DNA from: an uncultured Thermoproteaceae archaeon
Lineage (GTDB): Archaea; Thermoproteota; Thermoprotei; Thermoproteales; Thermocladiaceae
Reading direction: 5' to 3'
NCBI GenBank assembly: GCA_964575955.1
Contig: CAZNTG010000015.1
Location: 19,943-83,942, forward strand
Length of the DNA stretch: 64,000 bases
Shown: positions 9,977 through 19,501 of the stretch, in pieces
Numbering within the stretch: position 1 is the first letter of the stretch
How the letters are laid out: each line of letters opens with the position of its first letter
Made by a program: the position numbers and the translations under genes
Notes under the pieces: model-generated
Database searches by the model: none
What the model was told of the DNA's origin: nothing
The model's input: the letters and a program-made list of their open reading frames with translations, nothing else

Positions 9977-10328
9977 CCATTCCTGACTGTCTTAATGCTT
10001 CACTAATTTTTGATCTCAATTCTTCAATCTGTTTTCTCAGTAGTGATTCTTGTCTTGATAAGCTTGTTAAATTTAGTTTTAGAAGCTCTTCTCTCTCTTT
10101 CAACTCATTTAATGCTTGTTCTTTAGTTACTGATATCAGATATGTTCCAACTATTTTAAATATTCTAGCATCTTGAGGAATTTTTTCAATCTCACTTATA
10201 GTTCTTTCAATCTCCTTAATCTCATTCTCAACTTGCTGTTTTAAGACTAGGACATTTTGAAGTTGTGCCTGTAACATCTGTAGTTTCTCTATGTCAGCTT
10301 GTAGAGATGGTGGTACAGTCCCACTCAT
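9942..10328 (-). CDS. pfdB: prefoldin subunit beta
   Basis: Coiled coil with central IFKIVGTYLI hairpin. Confidence 0.92.
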   Translation of the reverse strand: MSGTVPPSLQADIEKLQMLQAQLQNVLVLKQQVENEIKEIERTISEIEKIPQDARIFKIVGTYLISVTKEQALNELKEREELLKLNLTSLSRQESLLRKQIEELRSKISEALRQSGMGGGAPSGGGGG

Positions 10329-10365
10329 AGTACTATGCTACTTTAACAATCTACTATTTATTTAT

Positions 10366-10641
10366 TTACTCAAGTTCTCCAAACTCTATGAGATAGGTCA
10401 AGTATAGACATTTTAGTAGACCGTTAATCACACTTCTAAGACTTGTAATATCTCTACCATATCCAGTAATTACTAGTCTACTTCCTGATAGTTCAATACT
10501 ACATCTACCTCTATGAAATTTTAATTCTTTTTCAAGAGGTTTCAAACTTCTATATAGGTTATGTATATGTTCTTCAGAATCTTCTAAAATAATTTCAATC
10601 TTATTACTCCAATAATCTTCAGCTATCGTTCCCTTCTTCAT
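10366..10641 (-). CDS. pcc1: KEOPS complex subunit Pcc1
   Basis: LYRSLKP...DITSLRSVING motif; adjacent to prefoldin beta. Confidence 0.8.
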   Translation of the reverse strand: MKKGTIAEDYWSNKIEIILEDSEEHIHNLYRSLKPLEKELKFHRGRCSIELSGSRLVITGYGRDITSLRSVINGLLKCLYLTYLIEFGELE

Positions 10642-11595
10642 CTATCTGTCCCCGTGTAGGGTCATCACAGACTTCTGAAGTATTGAACATAATTTATCTG
10701 CTAAAAGTCTTGCTATTCTTCTCCTAGCTTCATATGTTTCAGACCCTATGTGTGGTGTTATTATTACTCTAGGATGTTTAACAAGCTCAATCTCCCACTC
10801 TTCTTTTGGAGGTTCATTTTCTAAGACATCTAGAGCAGCTACACTTATCTTTCCACTTTTCAATGCTTCTAATAGTGCTTTAGTGTCTACAATCTCTCCT
10901 CTACTAGTATTTATGAATATTACACCATCCTTCATCATGTCAAACTCTCTCTTTGAAATCATGTGGTATGTAGATTTTGTTAATGGTACATGTAGTGAAA
11001 TTATGTCACATTTTGGTAATAGTTCTTCTAGACTGCTTGCAAGCTCTATTTTCAATCTCTCAGCTTTCTCTCTAACATCTGCAATATCGTACGCAATTAT
11101 GTGCATACCTATAACTTTAGCAATTTCCGCAACTCTAGTACCAATTCTACCTAATCCAATAATACCTAAAGTCTTACCTTGAAGTTCAAAACCTACATAT
11201 TTTCCCTTTGGCCATTGACCATCTTTTACAAGTCTATCAAATAGTGTTATGTATCTAGCAGCTGCTATCATTAGACCGATAGTTAGCTCTGCAACAGATT
11301 CTGTAGGTCCTTCAGGTGTGTTTATAACTTCAATTCCTCTAGACCTCGCATATTCAACATCAATATTGTCAAGTCCAACACCTGCTCTAGCTATTACTTT
11401 CAAATTCTTACCTTCATCAATAACCTTTCTATCAACCTTAGTTCTACTTCTAACAACTAGAACTTCATAATTTTTAACAATATTCAACAACTCATCTCTA
11501 GATATTCCAGGTCTATAGTCAACATTAAAACCTCTACTAGTCAACTCACTTATCAAATCTTCATCTACAGTATCCGTTATCAAGATTCGAACCAT
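10642..11595 (-). CDS. serA: D-3-phosphoglycerate dehydrogenase / D-2-hydroxyacid dehydrogenase
   Basis: RAGVGLDNID, GLGRIG, INTSRG and TPHIG motifs. Confidence 0.85.
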   Translation of the reverse strand: MVRILITDTVDEDLISELTSRGFNVDYRPGISRDELLNIVKNYEVLVVRSRTKVDRKVIDEGKNLKVIARAGVGLDNIDVEYARSRGIEVINTPEGPTESVAELTIGLMIAAARYITLFDRLVKDGQWPKGKYVGFELQGKTLGIIGLGRIGTRVAEIAKVIGMHIIAYDIADVREKAERLKIELASSLEELLPKCDIISLHVPLTKSTYHMISKREFDMMKDGVIFINTSRGEIVDTKALLEALKSGKISVAALDVLENEPPKEEWEIELVKHPRVIITPHIGSETYEARRRIARLLADKLCSILQKSVMTLHGDR

Positions 11596-11732
11596 TGTGT
11601 ACTTTAGTAACTATATCAGAACTAATTTAAGAGTTTTAACTATAGTATACACATACTATACTTCTCTAATACCTACCTGTGCAGAGGAACAAGACTAATA
11701 AGACTGGTATACTATAATACGTTCAGGTACAC

Positions 11733-12407
11733 ATGCCTGAGAGAGTAGTGATCAGGGGGAGACCAGAAGATTTAGAAAAGGCAGCTACAGAAGAGGCAAT
11801 TGAGAGAGGTGAAGCTAGGTCAGTAGTTGAGGAAGTTGAAGGTAGGAAAGTTCTACGTATTAGATGGATTACAGGTAAGACATCTGCAGGTAGATTATTT
11901 GGAAGGTATGGTAAAGAGGGAAGACCAGACTTCTTCAGACTACTCTTTGGAGCAATTGCAGGAAGTTTGAAAGAGCAGTTTGGTGAGAAGGGTGATGAAA
12001 TGTTTAATAAATTGAGAGAGTCTAAAGAGTTTAAGGAAAGTCTTTCAAGACTATTTGAAGAGATGAAGAGCTGGTTCTTTAATGATATTGTGCCAAAATA
12101 TGGTATTGAACCTGGAGATATATTTGTAATAACTGCAGAACTAGAAGTTGATCTAGACACAGGACGTATTGAGTGGAATAGAGATAAGACAAGTATAATA
12201 TACTGGATTAGAAGTGATAAATTACAAGAGAAGTGTAAAGAGATTGTACAGCCAAGTGAAGAGGTTGAAAAGCTCAAAAAGGCATTAGAAGAGAAAGAAA
12301 GAGAGTTAGAACAACTTAGAAGAGAGTTGGAGGAGTTGAAGAAGAAGCTTGCAGCTAAAAAGAAGACAAAGAAGAAAGAGAAAGAAGAGAGTGAAGAAGA
12401 GGAGTAA
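11733..12407 (+). CDS. ThermoDBP, Thermoproteales single-stranded DNA-binding protein (DUF2258-related)
   Basis: RWITGKTSAGRLFGRYG..GRPDFFRLLFGA and WNRDKT.IIYWIRSD match the T. tenax ThermoDBP as I recall it; C-terminal coiled coil and acidic tail. Confidence 0.9.
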   Translation: MPERVVIRGRPEDLEKAATEEAIERGEARSVVEEVEGRKVLRIRWITGKTSAGRLFGRYGKEGRPDFFRLLFGAIAGSLKEQFGEKGDEMFNKLRESKEFKESLSRLFEEMKSWFFNDIVPKYGIEPGDIFVITAELEVDLDTGRIEWNRDKTSIIYWIRSDKLQEKCKEIVQPSEEVEKLKKALEEKERELEQLRRELEELKKKLAAKKKTKKKEKEESEEEE

Positions 12408-12456
12408 TAAAACGTTAAAATTTAGACAAATCCAAAGATGAGATGAGAGATCAAAC

Positions 12457-13323
12457 ATGGCTGAGAAACCTGTAGCTAAACCAATATCTTTTGAAGAAAT
12501 TAAGAAGAGAGTTCAAGAATCTATACGAGATATAAAAGTCAAGATAGCTGTAATATCTGGAAAAGGTGGTGTTGGTAAGAGTTTCGTATCTGCATCAATA
12601 GCAGTAGGATTTGCACTTAGAGGATTTAGAGTTGGTGTAATTGATGCAGACGTCTATGGACCAACAATACCGAAGATGTTAGGTGTTTCAAGACCTAGAG
12701 AACTACTTGTAGATCAGACTGTTGAGAAGATAATACCACCACACGGTCCTCTAGGCATTAAAGTTATGTCAACAGAATTCTTACTTCCAAGTGAGGAAAC
12801 ACCTGTAATATGGAGAGGACCACTAGTAGCGAGATTGCTAGAAGAGTTCTTTACTAGAGTATATTGGGGTGGTACTGATGTTCTAGTTATAGATCTACCT
12901 CCAGGTACTGGTGATGAACCATTAACAATCGCTCAACTACTTGCAGAACAGCTTGATGGTACTGTCATAGTTACAATACCTAGTGAAATATCGAAGAGAA
13001 TTGTTAGAAAGGCTATAGAATTTGCAAGACGTGTAGAAGTTCCAATTATTGGACTTGTAGAAAATATGAGTTACTTCTACTGTCCAAAATGTGGAGAGAA
13101 GTATTACATATTTGGTAAAGAGATAGGTAAGATACTTGCTGAAGAGGCAGGTATACCATTCCTAGGATCAATACCTCTAGATCCTAGAATTAGTGAAGCA
13201 AATGACTCAGGTATACCATTCATATTGAAATATCCTGATTCAGAAGCTACAAAGGCAATACTAGACATAGTTGACAAACTACTAGACAAGTTTATGCCAA
13301 AACTCACAGGTAGACAAGGATAG
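12457..13323 (+). CDS. Mrp/ApbC/Nbp35 Fe-S cluster carrier ATPase
   Basis: SGKGGVGKS, IWRGP, DLPPGTGD and ENMS...CPKC motifs. Confidence 0.95.
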   Translation: MAEKPVAKPISFEEIKKRVQESIRDIKVKIAVISGKGGVGKSFVSASIAVGFALRGFRVGVIDADVYGPTIPKMLGVSRPRELLVDQTVEKIIPPHGPLGIKVMSTEFLLPSEETPVIWRGPLVARLLEEFFTRVYWGGTDVLVIDLPPGTGDEPLTIAQLLAEQLDGTVIVTIPSEISKRIVRKAIEFARRVEVPIIGLVENMSYFYCPKCGEKYYIFGKEIGKILAEEAGIPFLGSIPLDPRISEANDSGIPFILKYPDSEATKAILDIVDKLLDKFMPKLTGRQG

Positions 13324-13360
13324 AGAAATCTTATAAATTTACAAAGAAGAACTCAGCATA

Positions 13361-14671
13361 GTGTCATCATTAGAAGACTCATCACTAATAGGCAAAGTTG
13401 GAGAAATATTAGACATAGTTAGGCAGCATAATGTGTGGAGAAGATTTGAAACAATAAACTTGATTGCAAGTGAAAATGTTATGTCACCACTAGCCGAGTA
13501 TGTGTATCTTAACGATATGATGGGTAGATATGCAGAAGGACCAACAGGTGCAAAATTGTATCAAGGTACTAAGTATATGGATATTCTTGAAAGAATTTGT
13601 GAAGAACTACTTTCAAAATTATTCAACTCTAAGTTTGTAGATATTAGACCAGTATCAGGAACTGTAGCTAACATAGCTGCACTATACGCCGTCACTGAGG
13701 CTGGTGATCTTGTTGCATCACTTCCAATATCTGCAGGTGCACATATAAGTCATAGAAAGGTTGGTGCTGTAGGTGTATTAAGATTAAAAACTGTAGATCT
13801 ACCATGGAATTCTGAAATATTTAATATAGATGTTGATAAGGCAGTTAAAATAATTGAAGAATATAAACCAAAAGTAGTAATTCTTGGAGGATCTGTATAC
13901 CTATTTCCACATCCAATAAAGGAGATTAGTGATGCTGCACATAGCGTTAATGCAGTTGTAATACATGATTCAGCACACGTACTTGGACTAATAGCAGGTA
14001 GAGTATTTCCAAATCCACTAGAACATGGATGTGATATAATGACAGCAAGTACACACAAGACATTTCCAGGACCGCAGGGTGGTGTAATATTTACAAATAA
14101 TGAAGAACTCTCGAAGAAAATTGAAAATGCTGTATTTCCAGGAGTAACATCAAACTATCATCAACATAGATATCCATCACTTGCAATAACAACCATAGAA
14201 ATGATGATATTTGGAGAACAATATGCAAAACAGATAGTTAAAAATGCTAAAAGACTAGCAGAAGCACTATATGAGAGAGGATTTAAAGTATTGGGTGAAA
14301 ATCTTGGATTTACACAAAGTCATCAAGTATTGATAGATGTTAGAGATCTTGGAGGTGGTGAGAAATGTGCAAAATTGCTAGAGGAAGCAAACATAATAGT
14401 AAATAAGAATATGCTACCAGGAGATAAGAATCCACAAAATCCAAGTGGTATACGCATAGGTGTTCAAGAAGTTACAAGATGGGGATTTAAAGAGGAAGAT
14501 ATGGAAGTTATTGCAGAATTTATGACAGACATATTAATAAGAGGTAAAGATCCAAAGACAATTAGACATAAAGTTGTAGAATTTAGAAAGAGATTTAGAG
14601 AAGTTAAATATGGATTCTCAATAAAAGACTTCAATGTAGATAAATGCAGTATAATAGATCTATTGAAGTAG
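13361..14671 (+). CDS. glyA: serine hydroxymethyltransferase
   Basis: INLIASEN, RYAEG, STHKTFPGPQGG and SGIRIG motifs. Confidence 0.97.
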   Translation: MSSLEDSSLIGKVGEILDIVRQHNVWRRFETINLIASENVMSPLAEYVYLNDMMGRYAEGPTGAKLYQGTKYMDILERICEELLSKLFNSKFVDIRPVSGTVANIAALYAVTEAGDLVASLPISAGAHISHRKVGAVGVLRLKTVDLPWNSEIFNIDVDKAVKIIEEYKPKVVILGGSVYLFPHPIKEISDAAHSVNAVVIHDSAHVLGLIAGRVFPNPLEHGCDIMTASTHKTFPGPQGGVIFTNNEELSKKIENAVFPGVTSNYHQHRYPSLAITTIEMMIFGEQYAKQIVKNAKRLAEALYERGFKVLGENLGFTQSHQVLIDVRDLGGGEKCAKLLEEANIIVNKNMLPGDKNPQNPSGIRIGVQEVTRWGFKEEDMEVIAEFMTDILIRGKDPKTIRHKVVEFRKRFREVKYGFSIKDFNVDKCSIIDLLK

Positions 14672-14724
14672 TGAAGTACAGGAATGTGATAACTTTAAAA
14701 TAGTAGATAACTCTCAAATACGTA

Positions 14725-15337
14725 ATGAGAAAAATATTGATAATACTAATAGCTTCAATACTTACATTAATTACAGTAATCTTAGCTATTCAATTCATAT
14801 TGAGTAAGCCTATAATAATTATTAAAGGAATATACAAACCAAAGACAAATGTTGAAGTATTTCAATGTAGATTTAATATTGGTGAAATATCTCCAGGCTA
14901 TCTCTATAAAAAGGTTTGCATGTAGAAGATCTATACAGTCAGACAATGGTTATTATGCTATTAAGTTTAATGTGGAATCTATAAATCTCTTATTTAGTAA
15001 TGATACAAATTTCACAATAGGAATTACTGATAAGTATGGAAATCTATATGCTGAATATATATGCCATCCTGATAGTGTAGTGTATACACTCTGTATATCG
15101 TCAAACAATACTACATGCCTTATTGAATATTTCAGATGTAGACCTACAATATGTGGAATTGAGAGAGTGTGTATAAATTCTAGCTGTGAAGTTCCTGAAA
15201 ATTCATGTATATTACCATCAGGTGTGTATAATGTACATGTTGATGTTAATGGATATGTAGAACATTACTACAATGTGAGCATCATTTTCAAGATATTTAT
15301 CAATGCTACCATATATAGTGTTAGAACATCTCGATAA
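14725..15337 (+). pseudogene. secreted or membrane-anchored Cys-rich protein split by a +1 frameshift
   Basis: ORF 14725-14925 (N-terminal hydrophobic helix) and ORF 14849-15337 join in frame if one A is removed from the A5 run at 14908-14912 (...GYLYK-RFACRR...). Confidence 0.6.
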
Positions 15338-15379
15338 TACTCTAGTTTAATTCAAAATAGTTAAACATTTCCTATTTTT

Positions 15380-15910
15380 GTGTCTAGTAGAGTCTTAAGG
15401 AGAATTTTGAAGACTATAGCCATACTTCTTGGAGATGATGAAGGTCTATACATATGTATGCCATCATCATTAGTACATAAGGTATTTGAGAAGATGAATA
15501 TAGTTTCAAGGGAAGGAGAATTGTTAGATCTTGTAAATGAGGGTTGTGTTAAAGTTCAGAAGTTTGGTAGAGGTTCTAGACTATGTGTTCGTAAGGATGA
15601 TGAACTTGTAAAAATTAGAGATTTCATATTTGAACCTGAGGTATCTAAGATAAGTTTAGATGAATTTGAAAAACTCTTCGATGAAACATTAATAAAACTT
15701 AGGAATAGTTCAGTTACAGGTTTTGTAGATCTTGGAAAAGTTAGAGATTTCATGATGCGTAACTATGGAATACCTGAAGACTTATTCATAAACTATGCAA
15801 CTAAGTTAATATCTTCTAAGAAGTGGAAATATGCTACATGTCATGGAGGTAGTCTAAGACTTAAGATTTGTGGTGTACAGGTAGGTCTTGTAAAGTTGGT
15901 GAGAAGATGA
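15380..15910 (+). CDS. hypothetical protein, probably two winged-helix domains
   Basis: LLDLVNEGCVKV and FVDLGKVRDFM...PEDLF patterns; ATGA overlap with the downstream ATPase. Confidence 0.6.
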   Translation: MSSRVLRRILKTIAILLGDDEGLYICMPSSLVHKVFEKMNIVSREGELLDLVNEGCVKVQKFGRGSRLCVRKDDELVKIRDFIFEPEVSKISLDEFEKLFDETLIKLRNSSVTGFVDLGKVRDFMMRNYGIPEDLFINYATKLISSKKWKYATCHGGSLRLKICGVQVGLVKLVRR

Positions 15911-16746
15911 GACATCTAATAGCATCAACTAGACATGTAGGACAGATTGTTGGTAGAAGATGGCAAGAGGCTAGAGAATTAGCGTTGAAATATATTAGAC
16001 AGGGAAGACCTATAGTAGCAATTGTTGGTAGAGCTGGCTGTGGAAAAACTCACATAATGTTGAGCATCTATGAAGAATTGAAGGATTACGTGAGATCTTT
16101 CATAGATACAACAACTCTAGAAAATAGAACATTAAGTACCATAGTTAGTGCAGTTGCATCAACACAAACAATAATAAATCTTGTAAAATATGCAAAATGT
16201 TCTAGAGGAGATGAATATTGTAAAAGACTTAGAGAACTACTATCATCAGGAATACACAACTTCATAGAATATTCAAAAAGATGGCCAATAGAATTTCTAA
16301 AGGATTTAACAAGACTAGCACAATCTAGAGGATATAGAGGACTTATAATATTCATAGATGAAGGAGCAATATCTAGTGATGATCCACAAATAACACAGTA
16401 TGTGAGAACACTACACGCATTTAGAAATCTATGCTCACAGATAGAAGGACTACACATAGTATTTAGCATACTTCCAGACGTGTTAGAGTATATAGCTAAG
16501 ATAGATGTACCACTAATGGACATATTGAGAACAGGACTAGTATACCTACCTGACTATGTTGAAAAAGAAGAAATTGAAGAATTAGCAAAAATATACCCAA
16601 CAAAGCAAGAATGTCTAAATAAGATACTTGAAAACTATGACACACTACCACCACTAACAGTAAGACAAGCAATATGTCTACTACAGGAATGTGAAAATCC
16701 AACAATATGTGGAATAGAGGAAAGCCTAGAAGTAAAAGTTGAATAG
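15907..16746 (+). CDS. P-loop (AAA+-like) ATPase
   Basis: Walker A GRAGCGKT and Walker B IIFIDE; ATG at 15907 overlaps the upstream stop. Confidence 0.85.
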   Translation: MRHLIASTRHVGQIVGRRWQEARELALKYIRQGRPIVAIVGRAGCGKTHIMLSIYEELKDYVRSFIDTTTLENRTLSTIVSAVASTQTIINLVKYAKCSRGDEYCKRLRELLSSGIHNFIEYSKRWPIEFLKDLTRLAQSRGYRGLIIFIDEGAISSDDPQITQYVRTLHAFRNLCSQIEGLHIVFSILPDVLEYIAKIDVPLMDILRTGLVYLPDYVEKEEIEELAKIYPTKQECLNKILENYDTLPPLTVRQAICLLQECENPTICGIEESLEVKVE

Positions 16747-16783
16747 AGAAAACAATTAAAACATAGAGAAAAAACAAGAACAG

Positions 16784-16999
16784 AGCGGTACTCCGCGGAC
16801 AGGCAAATAGCCGGACACCACCGGCGACGGGGTGTCCGAGGAAACTCCCCCACCGTGCCGCGGGCCCGTGGGGGTAACCCCGATATATGCGGGCGGTGGC
16901 TCAAATAAGGGCCGATGAACTACCGCGGGGGGATGGCCCGGGTAGAGCCTGAGAGGAATGTTACAGAAGGGGGGTTATGCCTGTCCGCGGAGTACCGCT
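16784..16999 (+). ncRNA. rnpB: RNase P RNA, short type T form
   Basis: GC-rich 216 nt; perfect 22-bp P1 (16784-16805 with 16978-16999); CR-I GAGGAAACTCCCCC and CR-V ACAGAAGGGGGGTTAT can form P4; too short for an S-domain. Confidence 0.93.
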
Positions 17000-17005
17000 G
17001 TCTAT

Positions 17006-17566
17006 TTATATCTTCTTCCAGTGTATTACTGTTCTAATCTTCTCTATACATCTCGTACAGTATTTTGCTTCTTTTAGATCTACCTCAATTATTGTGTTTG
17101 AGAATGACATTACACATCTCTTATCTATACAATGTTCTAGACATAGTGTATGTCCTAGTTCATGTAGAATCTCCTTCTTCAATCTTTCATAGAATAGATG
17201 TTCAACATCTTGATGTGGATAGTATGTTTGTTTTAATCTCTTTGTAAATACTATTGCAATATTTCCACACATCTCAGCAATTCCAAATATGAAGTTTAGT
17301 CCAGGTACATAACCATCATGATCAACAACTATAACATACTTTTCAGAGAAATTTTCAGGATTTATACTACTTCTCAAGAAGTTTAATAGTTCTTCACCAT
17401 TTATCTGATTTCTAGACTTGTTATAGAATTCTAATGCTAAATCTTCAATATTTTCATTAATTATAAAACTTACCTCAGTGCTAACTATACTATTCAATAA
17501 TTCATCAATATATTCAATAACTACCTCAGGTATTGATATGTGTGAAATAACGTTTATACGTAGCAT
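17006..17566 (-). CDS. amzA: archaemetzincin Zn-dependent metalloprotease
   Basis: HELGHTLCLEHC, CVMSFS and C..C motifs. Confidence 0.92.
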   Translation of the reverse strand: MLRINVISHISIPEVVIEYIDELLNSIVSTEVSFIINENIEDLALEFYNKSRNQINGEELLNFLRSSINPENFSEKYVIVVDHDGYVPGLNFIFGIAEMCGNIAIVFTKRLKQTYYPHQDVEHLFYERLKKEILHELGHTLCLEHCIDKRCVMSFSNTIIEVDLKEAKYCTRCIEKIRTVIHWKKI

Positions 17567-17583
17567 AGCTATACTTGATGTAG

Positions 17584-17633
17584 ATGATGATTGGTCCCCT
17601 CAGCAGATTGATGAAGATCCATTGCAGTGCTGA
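17584..17633 (+). ncRNA. box C/D sRNA candidate 3
   Basis: C ATGATGA 17584, guide TTGGTCCCCTCAG, D' CAGA, C' ATGAAGA, guide TCCATTGCAGTG, D CTGA 17630-17633; fills an intergenic gap. Confidence 0.8.
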
Positions 17634-17639
17634 TATTGA

Positions 17640-18170
17640 TCACCTGTAGAAGTACTTGTATGCTAATATTCCAATTATCGTCTTACCATCAACAATTTCA
17701 CCATTCTCAATCATTCTCAAAGCATCTTCAATATCTACCTCTCTAATCTCCATATACTTCTCTTCAGGACTCATCTCAGCTTGAGGTTTACCTACCTTCT
17801 TAAGATTTTCCATAACTACAATATGGATCATCTCATTAGTATATCCTGGAGTTGGGTAGAAACTTATAAGCTTCTTAACAATCTCAGCTTCATAACCAGT
17901 CTCTTCTAGAAGTTCTCTCTTAGCACACTGTACAATATCTTCTCCAGGCTTTAAAATACCTGCAGGTAGCTCATATATATGTCTATCAAGTGCTGGTCTA
18001 TACCTATATTCTAGAAGTATAGTACCTGGTCTTACAAACGCTAACATTGCAACAGCACCTCTATGCTCAATAACATCACGCTCCTGTAATCCTTCAGGAG
18101 TCTCTATAACATATCTACACAACTTAAACACCCTACCTTCATATATAGTATCTCTACGTACCAACCTCAT
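17640..18170 (-). CDS. NUDIX hydrolase (ADP-ribose pyrophosphatase-like)
   Basis: ELPAG...AKRELLEETGY Nudix box; start placed at MRLVRR. Confidence 0.92.
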   Translation of the reverse strand: MRLVRRDTIYEGRVFKLCRYVIETPEGLQERDVIEHRGAVAMLAFVRPGTILLEYRYRPALDRHIYELPAGILKPGEDIVQCAKRELLEETGYEAEIVKKLISFYPTPGYTNEMIHIVVMENLKKVGKPQAEMSPEEKYMEIREVDIEDALRMIENGEIVDGKTIIGILAYKYFYR

Positions 18171-18184
18171 AGACACACATCGCA

Positions 18185-19033
18185 TTAAGAACTTTTTAAA
18201 TATGCAATATAGATAGAATCTTGACATTGAACTTTAACATCTCTAAACTCTTCAATATCTAAATCAACGACATGTATAGAATGGTCAACTTTAAACACTT
18301 TTATAAGCTTTATAACATTTTCAAAATTTAGATCAGATATATTACAGGTAATTACGAGCTCGATATTACTATCTCTCTTAAAGCGTAGACGTTTTCTACA
18401 GGGAAATTCAAGCATGTTTATAGCAATATGTATTGGAGATACATTATTTACATAATACACACTCTCTTTACACTCAACATTCTTAATAATATTATCAACA
18501 ACATCTCTATCAAGAATCTTATCAACAAGAATAACACGAATATTTGAAGATTGAGAATTTAAAAATCTCTTAATCTCATACTGTGATAAACTTAGAATAT
18601 TATCAATATTTTCAGTAGATACAAGCTCTATAATTCTATTAGGAACATTTGGAGTATATAGAACATGTTCAGCAGATCTTAAAAGTCTAAGCGATTTTAA
18701 ATTTAAATACTTAGGTAATCCAAGACCAATATCAACAATGTACAATCCAGGCTTAATATCATCAGGTTTATGCAATTTCCAAGCCTTACCAGGAATTAGT
18801 GAATATAGAGTCCTCCTATTATTAGTTAAATCAAAAACTGTACGTACAATATTCAACTGTTTCAATATTTTTAGAACTCTCCTAATAGTTTTTGGTGAAA
18901 GTCCAGTACCTGAAACTATATCTTGAAAAGAGAGATATTGTCTACAATTGATTAAATGTTCAAGTAGCATATAGTTAATTACGCATCTAATAGTCTTAGA
19001 AGTTGCAAAGTTGTTACTGTCGCATGTGTTCAT
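18185..19033 (-). CDS. wHTH regulator fused to a degenerate tetrapyrrole-methylase-like domain
   Basis: N-terminal HTH (LSFQDIVSGTGLSPKTIRRVLKIL) followed by LYIVDIGLG.PKYL.LKSLRLLRSAEHVLY. Confidence 0.65.
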   Translation of the reverse strand: MNTCDSNNFATSKTIRCVINYMLLEHLINCRQYLSFQDIVSGTGLSPKTIRRVLKILKQLNIVRTVFDLTNNRRTLYSLIPGKAWKLHKPDDIKPGLYIVDIGLGLPKYLNLKSLRLLRSAEHVLYTPNVPNRIIELVSTENIDNILSLSQYEIKRFLNSQSSNIRVILVDKILDRDVVDNIIKNVECKESVYYVNNVSPIHIAINMLEFPCRKRLRFKRDSNIELVITCNISDLNFENVIKLIKVFKVDHSIHVVDLDIEEFRDVKVQCQDSIYIAYLKSS

Positions 19034-19075
19034 AATTCTTCACGATAAATAATGTGTAGACTATACTTTTAAAGA

Positions 19076-19501
19076 TTAGTCCAAAAACTTTATATATTTA
19101 TCAAAAATAGTGGACAATGACATATACATGCTCTCTATCAATTTCCTTAACATACGTAATACAGTATTAACTAACATGGAAATACTTAACATCTCTAAAA
19201 CTCCTCCATATACAACACATCTCCAAACTAGATAGCATAAATCATCTATAATACATCTAAAATATACTAATCTAGTAATGTCTAGACTTTGTTTCATATC
19301 GACACTCTTCAAGTATTCAATAAAGCTATCTAACTTCTTAACAAAGAATTCAAGTTGATTATATAGATATTGAAGTATCTCAATATTTCTAATATTAAAA
19401 ACTCTATGAGATGTGTAGTGTATAGTATATATATCGCATAGTAATACTCCTACAAATGTTGTTATTATATAGTAATATTTATCAAATACTTCTTCACACA
19501 T
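19076..19501 (-). CDS. hypothetical protein
   Basis: 141-aa helical ORF overlapping the stop of the upstream phosphoesterase. Confidence 0.5.
   Translation of the reverse strand: MCEEVFDKYYYIITTFVGVLLCDIYTIHYTSHRVFNIRNIEILQYLYNQLEFFVKKLDSFIEYLKSVDMKQSLDITRLVYFRCIIDDLCYLVWRCVVYGGVLEMLSISMLVNTVLRMLRKLIESMYMSLSTIFDKYIKFLD

Noticed and set aside
8638-10641. DHH-DUF3194-prefoldin-Pcc1 cluster and stand-alone rpsJ
   Set aside because: Ordinary conserved archaeal gene neighbourhood; not novel
11641-11716. Inverted repeat TATAGTATAC...GTATACTATA upstream of ThermoDBP
   Set aside because: Only 10 bp and AT-rich, so plausible by chance; no further support
16635-16904. 89-aa GC-rich minus-strand ORF
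   Set aside because: Antisense shadow of the RNase P RNA and the ATPase 3' end
16977-17247. Short plus-strand ORFs
   Set aside because: Antisense to archaemetzincin or overlapping the RNase P 3' stem
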